Shown: in pieces, positions 8,917 to 18,481 of the stretch
How positions within the stretch are numbered: the first letter of the stretch is position 1
How the letters are laid out: the number at the start of each line of letters is the position of its first letter
Source of the DNA: an uncultured Bacteroides sp.
GTDB taxonomy: Bacteria > Bacteroidota > Bacteroidia > Bacteroidales > JACABE01
DNA length: 64,000 bases
Direction of reading: 5' to 3'
Assembly: GCA_964496885.1 (NCBI GenBank)
Contig: CAZCBG010000007.1
Coordinates: 9,721 to 73,720, forward strand
The notes under the pieces: model-generated
Seen by the model: the letters and a program-made list of their open reading frames with translations, nothing else
The model's database searches: none
What the model was told of the DNA's origin: nothing
Position numbers and translations under genes: made by a program

Positions 8917-9975
8917 ATGAATTTTAGCATTCAGCTTTTACATTGGTATAAATATAATCACCGCGATTTACCATGGCGAAATACCATCGATCCATATCTG
9001 ATTTGGATTTCTGAAATAATTTTACAACAAACCCGTGTAAATCAGGGTTATCAATACTATTTGCGCTTTATTGAAAAGTTCCCTGATGTAAAAACACTGG
9101 CCAATGCCAAAGAAGAAGATGTGTTGAAATTATGGCAAGGTTTGGGATATTATTCCAGGGCACGCAATATTTATCATGCTGCCCAGCAAATTATGAATGA
9201 TTATAAGGGGATTTTTCCTTCCGATTACCATGAAATTATCAAATTAAAAGGCATTGGCAGCTATTCTGCAAGTGCTATTGCTTCAATAACTTTTAAACAG
9301 GCCTATCCGGTTATTGACGGCAATGTATTGAGAGTAATTTCAAGAATTTATGGAATTTCAACACCCGTTGACAGTACTAAAGGGAAAAAAGTAATAGAGG
9401 GTATCCTCGTTTCTTTAATCGATCACAAAAACCCCGACATCTTTAACCAGGCAATGATGGAAATAGGGGCGATGGTTTGTACACCTCAACAACCTAAATG
9501 CGAAACTTGTCCTTTACAACAGTTTTGTTCTGCTTATGAAAATAAAAATGTAGAGCGTTTTCCCGTAAAAACAAAAAAAATCATTCAACGCAATCGTTTC
9601 TTCTACTATTTAGTCATCAAATATGCTGTTAAAAACGAAACATTTATATACCTGAACAAAAGATCCAAGAATGATATCTGGAAAAACATGTATGACTTCC
9701 CTCTTATTGAATCCGAAAAAGAATTAAGTATACAGGATGATATTCTGAGCGAAATCAATAATATATTGCAAACAGACCAGTATATTGTTAAACTGATCAG
9801 CAAACAATTCAAACATCAATTGACACATCAAACAATTTTTGCCAGTTTTATTGATATTGAATGTAAGCTTGCCATATCAGAATCTAAGCAATATTTTGCG
9901 ATACCATTTAATACGATAAACGCTTATCCTATTCCCAAATTAATTGATAACTATTTAACTTCCTGTTTATTATAA
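8917..9975 (+). CDS. mutY: A/G-specific adenine DNA glycosylase
   Basis: 352 aa. It has an HhH-GPD domain (LPWRNTIDPYLIWISEIILQQTRV, GIGSYSASAI), the 4Fe-4S cluster loop CTPQQPKCETCPLQQFC, and a NUDIX-like C-terminal domain. Confidence 0.9.
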   Translation: MNFSIQLLHWYKYNHRDLPWRNTIDPYLIWISEIILQQTRVNQGYQYYLRFIEKFPDVKTLANAKEEDVLKLWQGLGYYSRARNIYHAAQQIMNDYKGIFPSDYHEIIKLKGIGSYSASAIASITFKQAYPVIDGNVLRVISRIYGISTPVDSTKGKKVIEGILVSLIDHKNPDIFNQAMMEIGAMVCTPQQPKCETCPLQQFCSAYENKNVERFPVKTKKIIQRNRFFYYLVIKYAVKNETFIYLNKRSKNDIWKNMYDFPLIESEKELSIQDDILSEINNILQTDQYIVKLISKQFKHQLTHQTIFASFIDIECKLAISESKQYFAIPFNTINAYPIPKLIDNYLTSCLL

Positions 9976-10022
9976 ATATGTAATTTTTTTATTAAATTTA
10001 TCAAAATACAAAAATAAAAATG

Positions 10023-10030
10023 TATATTTG
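10023..10030 (+). promoter_or_regulatory. candidate -7 box (TATATTTG) for ssb
   Basis: TAnnTTTG match 31 nt upstream of the ssb ATG. Confidence 0.45.
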
Positions 10031-10061
10031 TAATAATTATTAACCCATTAAAATTACAAAA

Positions 10062-10478
10062 ATGGCCGGTGTAAACAAAGTGATATTAGTTGGAAATTTG
10101 GGCAAAGATCCTGAAATTACCAACATTGGAAATGATGTAAAAAAAGCAACATTTTCGTTAGCAACATCTGAATCATACAAAGGAAAAGATGGAAACAAAG
10201 TTGAGCAAACCGAATGGCACAACATTGTAATCTGGAGAGGTTTGGCAGACATTGCAGAAAGATTTCTTCACAAAGGAAGTAAAATTTATCTGGAAGGGAA
10301 GATCAAAAACCGCAGTTATGACGACAAAGATGGAAACAAAAGGTATATTACTGAAATTGTGGGCGATACTTTCACAATGCTGGATAGTAAAGGCACGCAA
10401 GACGGTGGGAACAATACACCTCCTCCTGTTCATGCGGAGATTCCAAGTAATGGACCCGAAGATGATTTACCATTTTAA
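10062..10478 (+). CDS. ssb: single-stranded DNA-binding protein
   Basis: 138 aa. It has an OB fold (MAGVNKVILVGNLGKDPE...TEWHNIVIW), a G/P-rich linker and the acidic tail EDDLPF. Confidence 0.93.
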   Translation: MAGVNKVILVGNLGKDPEITNIGNDVKKATFSLATSESYKGKDGNKVEQTEWHNIVIWRGLADIAERFLHKGSKIYLEGKIKNRSYDDKDGNKRYITEIVGDTFTMLDSKGTQDGGNNTPPPVHAEIPSNGPEDDLPF

Positions 10479-10758
10479 TCTTTAGCTTTTTTGAAGATTT
10501 GTAATAAATAGTCTAATGAGATAGGCCACTCAATAGACGAATTGTTTCTCGTAATTTTATGAGACTATAATAGTTTTGTCTTTCGGTATAATACTTTGTA
10601 ATTGGGTATAAATTCCTATAAATAATGTATTATACCGAATGAGATAAATTTAGCAAAAAGAAAAATAATTTCCTTACATTATCAATTATTCTAGCTTATT
10701 TTATATTTTTACAAAAAAAGCGCTGTTTCTACAAACATTTGAAATATAAATATTTAAT

Positions 10759-12099
10759 TTGGAAATACTACATACTTCTCCTCTTTTAATGATAGCATTA
10801 CTCATCATATCTACTATCTTTAAATCATTTACAATAGGCATTTTTGTCGGTATACTCCTCATTTTTATACTTTTGATAGTTTCTGCAATGGTTTCTGGTT
10901 CCGAAAATGCTTTTTTCTCTCTGACCCCATCCGAAATTGAAATCTACAAAGATTCAACGGCAGCCAAACATCAGCTAATTATTCACCTTTTAGAAAAGCC
11001 AAAAAAATTATTGGCTACAGTACTCATTACCAATAATTTTGTAAATACTTCCATCGTCATTATTTCGACCTATATTGTAGCTAATTTATTTGATTTTACA
11101 GGATTTCCTGTCTTAGGAATGCTCATACAGGTTGTTGTAATCACATCCCTCATTCTCTTTATCGGTGAAATTTTACCAAAAGTATATGCTACCCAGAATG
11201 CAATAAAAATTGTTTTATTAATGGCTAGTCCTTTGCATTTTTTGAGTCGGATCTTTTACCCTTTGGTCTATGTATTGGTTAAATCAAGCTCGTTGATCGA
11301 CAAAAGAATTACCAAAAAAGGGCATAATATTTCTATCTCCGAGTTGTCGGATGTAATTGAGATCACCTCAGGAAATGCAACACCAAAACAGGAAACACAA
11401 ATTTTAAGAGGCATCGTTAATTTTGGCGAAATTGACGTTAAGGAGATTATGAAATCCCGTGTTGATGTAAATGCAATAGACAGCGAAACAAGATTTGGAG
11501 ATTTACTTAAAATAGTTTTGGATACGGGTTATTCAAGAATGCCGGTTTATACCGAAAATTTCGATACAATCGTTGGAGTACTTTACATCAAAGATTTATT
11601 GGCACATTTAAACGAAGAAGACAACTATAACTGGATGCAGCTCATACGGCCTGCATTTTTTGTTCCTGAAAACAAGAAAATAAACGATTTGCTAAAAGAG
11701 TTTCAGGAAAAGAAAATTCATCTTGCCATTGTTGTTGATGAATATGGCGGCACCTCCGGTATTGTCACACTCGAAGATATTCTGGAAGAAATTATAGGTG
11801 AAATCAACGACGAATTTGATATTGCCGCAGAAGAAGTTGATTTTACTAAAATTGACGACTTTACTTATATTTTTGAAGGGAAAACGACCCTCAATGATTT
11901 CTACAAGGTTTTTGGTTTGGAAGAAAAGGTTTTTGACGATATCAAAGGTGAATCGGATACCATTGCCGGTTTGATCCTCGAAAACCAGGGGAAAATCCCC
12001 GAGAAAAATGCCAGCATTCAGCTCGATAATTTTATTTTTCGTATCGAAGCTGTTGACAGCAGAAGAATTAAACGTATCAAAGTAACGATTATACCTTAG
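10759..12099 (+). CDS. gldE: gliding-motility protein GldE (CNNM/CorC-type membrane protein with CBS pair and CorC-HlyC domain)
   Basis: 446 aa. It has a DUF21 4-TM N-terminus, a CBS pair and a C-terminal transporter-associated domain. It sits directly upstream of gldD and downstream of ssb. The start is uncertain: TTG at 10759 or the in-frame ATG at 10789. Confidence 0.75.
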   Translation: MEILHTSPLLMIALLIISTIFKSFTIGIFVGILLIFILLIVSAMVSGSENAFFSLTPSEIEIYKDSTAAKHQLIIHLLEKPKKLLATVLITNNFVNTSIVIISTYIVANLFDFTGFPVLGMLIQVVVITSLILFIGEILPKVYATQNAIKIVLLMASPLHFLSRIFYPLVYVLVKSSSLIDKRITKKGHNISISELSDVIEITSGNATPKQETQILRGIVNFGEIDVKEIMKSRVDVNAIDSETRFGDLLKIVLDTGYSRMPVYTENFDTIVGVLYIKDLLAHLNEEDNYNWMQLIRPAFFVPENKKINDLLKEFQEKKIHLAIVVDEYGGTSGIVTLEDILEEIIGEINDEFDIAAEEVDFTKIDDFTYIFEGKTTLNDFYKVFGLEEKVFDDIKGESDTIAGLILENQGKIPEKNASIQLDNFIFRIEAVDSRRIKRIKVTIIP

Positions 12100-12104
12100 C
12101 AATT

Positions 12105-12689
12105 ATGCAAAAATTTGTTTTCTACACATTATTTATGATTGGTTCAACCCTGCTTATCTCTTGTGGGACTGAGGATTATTCGCCCAAACCAAAGGCTTTT
12201 TTTCGTATCGATTTGCCTGCAAAATCTTATCAGACTTTTGATACCCTCTACCCCTATTCTTTTGAATATCCTAAATATGCAAAAATACAGCGCTCTAAAG
12301 GCTTGGGTGAAGACAAATACTGGATAAATGTAAATTTTCCGACCTACAATGCTACCATACACATTACCTACAAACCTATTAAAAATGATTTAGACAGTCT
12401 GATTGAAAATGCCCGCAGATATGTAGACAAACATATCTCAAAAGCCACTTCTATTAAGGAAAAAGCTTATGAAAATCCCGGAAATAATGTGTACGGTGTG
12501 GTTTACAATATTAAGGGAAACTCGGTAGCTTCACCCTATCAATTTTTTGCCACCGACCGTAAAAAGCATTACCTACGTGGTGCCTTGTATTTCAATATGC
12601 AACCCAGCAACGATTCTCTGGCTCCTGTTATTGACTTTATTGAAAAAGATATTGACCATCTAATTAGCACGTTAAAGTGGAGGAAGTAG
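12105..12689 (+). CDS. gldD: gliding-motility lipoprotein GldD
   Basis: 194 aa. It has the lipobox LLISC and the motif PKPKAFFRIDLP...YPYSFEYPKYA, which I recognise from GldD. It starts 5 nt after gldE. Confidence 0.75.
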   Translation: MQKFVFYTLFMIGSTLLISCGTEDYSPKPKAFFRIDLPAKSYQTFDTLYPYSFEYPKYAKIQRSKGLGEDKYWINVNFPTYNATIHITYKPIKNDLDSLIENARRYVDKHISKATSIKEKAYENPGNNVYGVVYNIKGNSVASPYQFFATDRKKHYLRGALYFNMQPSNDSLAPVIDFIEKDIDHLISTLKWRK

Positions 12690-12720
12690 GTATTCGTTAT
12701 TGGTTATTATGTTATTAGGA

Positions 12721-13809
12721 TTACTGCTCACAGTTCAAAATTGCTTCTACCCTTGCTGTTAAAATAACTGAATCTGATTTTAGCTGTATTCCTGTATAAT
12801 CTTCTGATTGAATAAGAGCTTCGTCTAAATTAAACTGCTTTTGAGAAACAGTAAAAAAATACTTTTTCCCTTTGTAATAATTGGCCAAATATTCTTGCTC
12901 GGTTTGTCCGGGTGTAGGAACCAAAATTGCCTTTTTGCCAAAGACAGCCAAATCCATAATGGTAGAATAACCTGAACGACACAAAATTATATTAGCTTGT
13001 AGCGTAAATTTCTGTAAGGTATCCGTATCAAGATGAGAATAAATTTTTAGATTTTCTGAAATCGTTTTTGATTCTTCTTTTTCGGGAGTCCCTTGAACAA
13101 TAACAGTTTTAATCGTTTTATTTTCTAATTGCTTCAGAATTATTGCTTCAAAAATTGTTCGTTGAGGTTCGGGTCCAGAAAGTAACACTAAAAGATCAAT
13201 CTTTTTATTTTCATTAATTTCAGCTAAATTTTTAAACCGCGAAAGCGGCTCTATGAAATAAGTATCAATTGGAAGTTTGTATTTATGTGATAAATCGCCC
13301 GAAAGGTTGACATTGCCTTCGAAATCAGGTATCCAGCATTCAGTATAATTTTTAATAAACTGTCTGTTAATGTAAAATAACATTTTATCAAAAAAAGCAA
13401 ATTTTATTGGACTCTTAATCAAAACCTGATGGGTCATAAAAATACACTTTGTTTTTTTATTCCAAAGCCCAAAACGATTGTCAGAAAATACAATATCAAT
13501 AGCATATTCATCGATAATTTTAGCTAATAGCTTTTTTTCCTGATAAATACCTATTATAATCTTAGGCAACATCAAAATAAATTTCAGGCTCAAACTTCCT
13601 TTACGTTGATACTTAATTTGATAGCCAGGAAAACGAATACATTTTAAATCGGGAAATTCTTTGCGCAAAAATGCAAGTGGGCGATTATCGGCTGCTATTA
13701 TCACATTTGCATTCGCTTCAATAAATGCTTTTATAACAGGTACACAACGACTTGCATGTCCCAATCCCCAATCTAAAGGGCAAATAAGTATGTTTTTTCT
13801 TTCTGACAA
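12721..13809 (-). CDS. GT-B glycosyltransferase (MurG/GT28-like, UDP-sugar dependent), substrate unknown
   Basis: 362 aa. The N-terminus ICPLDWGLGHASRCVPVIKAF is a glycine-rich GT-B signature. The C-terminal half carries ILCRSGYSTIMDL...PTPGQTEQ. Confidence 0.7.
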   Translation of the reverse strand: MSERKNILICPLDWGLGHASRCVPVIKAFIEANANVIIAADNRPLAFLRKEFPDLKCIRFPGYQIKYQRKGSLSLKFILMLPKIIIGIYQEKKLLAKIIDEYAIDIVFSDNRFGLWNKKTKCIFMTHQVLIKSPIKFAFFDKMLFYINRQFIKNYTECWIPDFEGNVNLSGDLSHKYKLPIDTYFIEPLSRFKNLAEINENKKIDLLVLLSGPEPQRTIFEAIILKQLENKTIKTVIVQGTPEKEESKTISENLKIYSHLDTDTLQKFTLQANIILCRSGYSTIMDLAVFGKKAILVPTPGQTEQEYLANYYKGKKYFFTVSQKQFNLDEALIQSEDYTGIQLKSDSVILTARVEAILNCEQ

Positions 13810-13849
13810 AGTATTTTTAAATTTTTGATAAAATTAGAAATAAATACGG

Positions 13850-13857
13850 TATTTTTG
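13850..13857 (+). promoter_or_regulatory. candidate -7 box (TATTTTTG) for dprA
   Basis: It lies 18 nt upstream of the ATG at 13876 and inside the 5' extension of the track ORF. This argues that the TTG at 13825 is not the start. Confidence 0.45.
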
Positions 13858-13875
13858 AAAACTAAACAGCAGAAA

Positions 13876-14967
13876 ATGTTAAGGTACCGAATAGCCCTTA
13901 GCTTAATTCCCGGAGTGGGCGATATCATCGGGAAAAAACTGGTATCCTACTGTGGTGGAGTAGAAGCCATTTTTAAAGAAAAAAAGGCCAATCTGCTCAA
14001 AATTCCAAGTGTAGGTGAAACATTGGTCAATGCCATTGTCAATCACGATTTATTCAACAGGGCAGACAAAGAAATCACCTTTATTGAAAAGTTCAACATT
14101 AAGCCCTTGTTTTACCTCGATGCAGCCTATCCTATGCGTTTAAAACAATGTACCGACAGCCCTATGATGTTGTATTACATTGGCAATGCTGATTTGAATA
14201 CAACAAGGATTGTAAGTGTGGTCGGAACACGAAGCATTACAGAATATGGCAAAGACGTATGTAAACAATTGGTAAAAGATTTATCACAACATGAAATCCT
14301 TATCGTAAGTGGACTGGCATATGGTGTTGATACTTGTGCCCACAAAACTGCCATCGACAATAATATGCCAACTATAGCAGTATTGGCTCATGGTCTCGAC
14401 AGGGTTTACCCCTTGCTGAACAAACCCTTGGCCGAGAAAATGATACATAACGGAGGATTGTTGACTGAATTTATGAGTGCAACCAATCCCGATCGTGAGA
14501 ACTTCCCTAAACGCAACCGCATTATTGCAGGAATGGCAGATGCCGTTATCGTGGTTGAAGCTGCCAAAAGAGGCGGTGCCCTCATCACTGCCGACATTGC
14601 CAATTCATATAACAGAGATGTTTTTGCCGTTCCCGGTAAGTTAAGCGATACTTTTTCGGAAGGCTGCAACCATTTAATAAAGACCAATAAAGCCGCACTT
14701 ATCCAATCGGCAGACGATTTGCTTTACATCATGGGCTGGGAGAAAAACAAACAACTTAAAAAAACAGTTCAGCGGCAACTTTTTATCGATCTCAAACCCG
14801 AAGAACAAATAATATTTGATTTGCTGAGCCAGAAAACCTCCATTTCTATTGATGAATTGTGTATGCTTTCAAAACTTAATGTATCCAAAATTGCCGAGGC
14901 CTTGCTCAGCCTCGAACTCGAAGGAATCATCAAAGCCATGCCAGGGAAAGTGTATAAATTGGTGTAA
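13876..14967 (+). CDS. dprA: DNA-processing protein DprA (Smf)
   Basis: The Rossmann-like DprA core has VVGTRSITEYG, SGLAYGVDTCAH and FPKRNRIIAG. I moved the start to the first ATG (MLRYRIALSLIPGVG), downstream of the -7 box. Confidence 0.85.
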   Translation: MLRYRIALSLIPGVGDIIGKKLVSYCGGVEAIFKEKKANLLKIPSVGETLVNAIVNHDLFNRADKEITFIEKFNIKPLFYLDAAYPMRLKQCTDSPMMLYYIGNADLNTTRIVSVVGTRSITEYGKDVCKQLVKDLSQHEILIVSGLAYGVDTCAHKTAIDNNMPTIAVLAHGLDRVYPLLNKPLAEKMIHNGGLLTEFMSATNPDRENFPKRNRIIAGMADAVIVVEAAKRGGALITADIANSYNRDVFAVPGKLSDTFSEGCNHLIKTNKAALIQSADDLLYIMGWEKNKQLKKTVQRQLFIDLKPEEQIIFDLLSQKTSISIDELCMLSKLNVSKIAEALLSLELEGIIKAMPGKVYKLV

Positions 14968-15110
14968 AAGAATTAGGAATTATGAATTGTTAATTATGGA
15001 TCTCTTTAAATATCCGTGAATAAACATTCAACATCAATAGGCTCAGTGTTCGTTTACTTCGGTCATCGGTCTTCCGACTTTAGCCCCAATAGGAATATCC
15101 AATCTCTAGG

Positions 15111-16370
15111 CTACAACAGATTCAGCCTGTAAGAATCCTGTTTGATAAAGATAAATAACAATATGGTAAAGGACCAAAGGGAAGAACCACCATAGCTAAA
15201 AAAGGGCAAGGGAATACCAATAACTGGCAGTAAACCCATCGCCATACCGATATTTACAAAAATATGCATAAACAAGATGGATGCAACTCCATAGCCATAA
15301 ATACGGCTAAAAGGAGAGCGTTGCCGTTCTGCCATAAAGATAATACGTATCAATAATCCAATAAATAAACTCACAACAACCAAACTTCCGACAAATCCCC
15401 ATTCTTCGCCCACAGTACAAAATATAAAATCTGTGCTTTGCTCAGGAACAAAGTTAAATTTGGTCTGGGTGCCGTTCAGATAGCCCTTACCTATAAATCC
15501 ACCTGAGCCTATGGCTATTTTAGATTGATTTACATTATAGCCGGCTCCTTTCAAATCCAACTCTTTGCCTAACAACACATTGATACGTTGGCGCTGATGA
15601 TCCTGCAACACATGATTAAACGCATAATCCACTACGAAAATAAAACTGATGGTTAATACCAGAAATGCAACTACCGTTATAATTCCTCTTTTATTTCTTC
15701 TGATGAAAAAGATAAAAACTAAAGCCAATGCCAGCACTATTCCTGATAAAATAAATTGATTGACGAGTAAAGCCAATACAAACAAGATGGCAATAATTAA
15801 TCCAAATATCAAAATATTGCCCGATAAACCTTCGCGGTACAATACCAGGATAAAAACAGCATAAACCATTGCTGAACCAGTATCGTTTTGCAACAATATC
15901 AGCAAAGCAGGGATTAAGAGTATTAAGGTAGCATAGAGCTTGGTTTTTCGTTCTTTGATATGAATATCTGAAGAACTCAAAAACTTTGCCAAGGCAAGGT
16001 TGCATGCAAACTTAGCGAATTCAGAGGGTTGTAATCCAAATCCACCTATTTCTAACCAGGATTTAGAACCATAGGTAATTTTCCCTGAAACCAAAACCAA
16101 CATTAACAAAAGCAGAAAAAATCCATAAATCCCGAAAGCAAATTGGGAAAAAAATTTGGGATCAATCGCCATGATAAACAAGGCAATTAGGGCAGAAGAT
16201 GCAATCCAAATCAACTGTTTTCCATAACTTTGCGAAAAGTCAAAAATACTTTTATGGTTTTCGTTATAAACTGCAGAATATATATTGAGCCAACCCATAA
16301 AAACCAACATCAGGTAGATGCTAACCATTACCCAATCTATATTTCCTAATATGCCTTTTTGTTCTCTCAA
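15111..16370 (-). CDS. rodA: SEDS-family peptidoglycan polymerase RodA
   Basis: 419 aa and polytopic. It has FtsW/RodA/SpoVE motifs (PSEFAKF, QTKFNFVPEQSTDFIF, LPFFSYGGSS). It overlaps the mrdA stop by 4 nt. Confidence 0.9.
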   Translation of the reverse strand: MREQKGILGNIDWVMVSIYLMLVFMGWLNIYSAVYNENHKSIFDFSQSYGKQLIWIASSALIALFIMAIDPKFFSQFAFGIYGFFLLLLMLVLVSGKITYGSKSWLEIGGFGLQPSEFAKFACNLALAKFLSSSDIHIKERKTKLYATLILLIPALLILLQNDTGSAMVYAVFILVLYREGLSGNILIFGLIIAILFVLALLVNQFILSGIVLALALVFIFFIRRNKRGIITVVAFLVLTISFIFVVDYAFNHVLQDHQRQRINVLLGKELDLKGAGYNVNQSKIAIGSGGFIGKGYLNGTQTKFNFVPEQSTDFIFCTVGEEWGFVGSLVVVSLFIGLLIRIIFMAERQRSPFSRIYGYGVASILFMHIFVNIGMAMGLLPVIGIPLPFFSYGGSSLWSFTILLFIFIKQDSYRLNLL

Positions 16371-18187
16371 TGTTTCGACATTATATTAGCATTGATCATT
16401 CTTTCTTCCAATTCTTTTCGTTTTATGCTTTTTATGCTTTTTCGTAAATATTTTTCTATCATTAAACTTGCAATGGGAGCCGCCCAAACACCACCAAAAC
16501 CGGCATTTTCGATATAAACCGCAATGGCTATTTTGGGATTTACCCTGGGTGCAAAAGCGATAAAAATGGAGTGGTCTTCACCCTGAGGGTTTTGAGCAGT
16601 CCCAGTTTTGCCACAAACTACAATACTGTCGATTCTTGCCTGAGATGCAGTTCCTCCAGGTTCATTCACTACTTCATACATTGCATCTGCCACAACCTGA
16701 AAATACTTATCGCTGATTTTGGTTAAGTTTTTCTTTAAAAACAAAGGATTTATTATTTTGTTTTTACCGATGGATTTTACAAAATGTGGTGTATAAAAAT
16801 AACCCCTGTTTGCAAAAATAGCAGCAATATTAGCCATTTGTAAAGGGATAATTCCCATTTCGCCCTGGCCAATACTCAAGGAATAAATTGTACTAAAAGC
16901 CCAGGCATGATGTCCATAAATTTTATCATAATAATTGGCATCAGGAATACGACCCTTTTTAACATTAGGTATGTCAACACCTAATCGTTGGCCCAAGCCA
17001 AAACTCAAAGCTTTGTCGTTCCATAAGTTAAGGCCCATTTCGCTGTCGGTAAACCGGTCTCTGGCAAGTCCGTGTTGGATAACTTTTCTGAAAACCTGAT
17101 AAAAATAAGGATTGCACGACATTTTAATGGCACTTTTTAAATCGGTTGCATTGGGATGATTGTGGCAGCCCAATAAGGATTTATCGCAGGGAAAAGCACT
17201 TCTTTCACTGATTACTCCTTCTTCAAGTCCAATTAAGGATTGAATAATTTTAAAGATAGATCCCGGAGGATAAACCGCCATCAAAGCTCTGTCGAACAGT
17301 GGTTTACTTGGGTCTCTGAGCAGTAAATTATAGTTAACACCCCTTACTCTTCCTACTAACAAGTTGGGGTCATAAGTAGGACTCGATACCATGGTTAATA
17401 TCTCACCTGTTGCAGGTTCTATGGCTACAATACTACCAACTTTGTTTTTCATCAACGACTCACCGTATGCCTGTAAATCAGCATCCAGGGTAGAGTGAAG
17501 CGGTTCTCCTGCAATTGCAACCGTATCGTATATACCGTTATGATAACTTCCTTTTTCGCGGTTGAAAACATCCACCATCACTATTTTTGAACCTTTTTGA
17601 CCTCTCAAAATATTTTCATAATATTTTTCCAGCCCACTCATACCAATATAATCACCTGGTTTGTAATAGGGATCGGTAACTTCGGTCCCAACTTCACCAA
17701 TATAACCTAAGGTATGCCCTGCAACGGATAAAGGGTATTTACGCAAGGTTCGGGATTGCACATAAAACCCACTGTATTTGTACATTTTCTCCTGCAAATA
17801 ACCATAATTTTCCTTTGAGATTTGTTTCTCGAAAATTGAGGCTGCATAAGGCGAGTATTCTCTGGCTTTTTTAAGCTTCAGAATTAAATCTTCTTTGGTA
17901 ATTCCAACCAAATTACAGAGTTCTGTCGTATCGAATGCTTTTACTTGCCGGGGAATAACCATTAAGTCGTAAACTGCTTCGTTGTATACCAATAACTTTT
18001 GATTGCGGTCATATATCAAGCCACGGGCAGGATAATTGGTAACAAAACGCAATGCATTTTTGTTAGCTGATAAAACATAGCTATTATCAATGACCTGAAG
18101 GAAAAATAAACGTGCAATAAAAATAAAACCCACCACCACGAAAATGGTAATTACCACATATTTTCTATTGTTGTAGGGTTTTTTCAT
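16367..18187 (-). CDS. mrdA: penicillin-binding protein 2 (elongasome transpeptidase)
   Basis: 606 aa. It has an N-terminal anchor, a PBP dimerisation domain, and the transpeptidase motifs SIFK, SCN and KTGTA. Confidence 0.9.
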   Translation of the reverse strand: MKKPYNNRKYVVITIFVVVGFIFIARLFFLQVIDNSYVLSANKNALRFVTNYPARGLIYDRNQKLLVYNEAVYDLMVIPRQVKAFDTTELCNLVGITKEDLILKLKKAREYSPYAASIFEKQISKENYGYLQEKMYKYSGFYVQSRTLRKYPLSVAGHTLGYIGEVGTEVTDPYYKPGDYIGMSGLEKYYENILRGQKGSKIVMVDVFNREKGSYHNGIYDTVAIAGEPLHSTLDADLQAYGESLMKNKVGSIVAIEPATGEILTMVSSPTYDPNLLVGRVRGVNYNLLLRDPSKPLFDRALMAVYPPGSIFKIIQSLIGLEEGVISERSAFPCDKSLLGCHNHPNATDLKSAIKMSCNPYFYQVFRKVIQHGLARDRFTDSEMGLNLWNDKALSFGLGQRLGVDIPNVKKGRIPDANYYDKIYGHHAWAFSTIYSLSIGQGEMGIIPLQMANIAAIFANRGYFYTPHFVKSIGKNKIINPLFLKKNLTKISDKYFQVVADAMYEVVNEPGGTASQARIDSIVVCGKTGTAQNPQGEDHSIFIAFAPRVNPKIAIAVYIENAGFGGVWAAPIASLMIEKYLRKSIKSIKRKELEERMINANIMSKH

Positions 18188-18321
18188 GTGTTATTAATTT
18201 TTATTATTTATTTGACACATAGAATACGCCATAAAATATCATACTCGGTTTGATTAAATATTATTCTTATGGCTATTTCATTAGAAATTTAGCCTAAACT
18301 GTATTCAAACTTTTTGAATTC

Positions 18322-18359
18322 AAAAAACCCTGCTGGCTGATAAAAGCCATGACAGGGTT
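18322..18359 (-). terminator. intrinsic terminator downstream of the DEAD-box helicase gene
   Basis: AACCCTG...GGCT-gataaa-AGCC...CAGGGTT is an interrupted stem. On the minus strand it is followed by TTTTTT. Confidence 0.55.
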
Positions 18360-18481
18360 AAATGTTGCATCCGTTGACAATTCAACTTTGATCAATGTCC
18401 TTCTTTTTCATTATAAATCTATTCTTGTTTCTGAAAATCTTTCAGCATTCTGAATACAATTACAATGATAAATTCAAAAGC

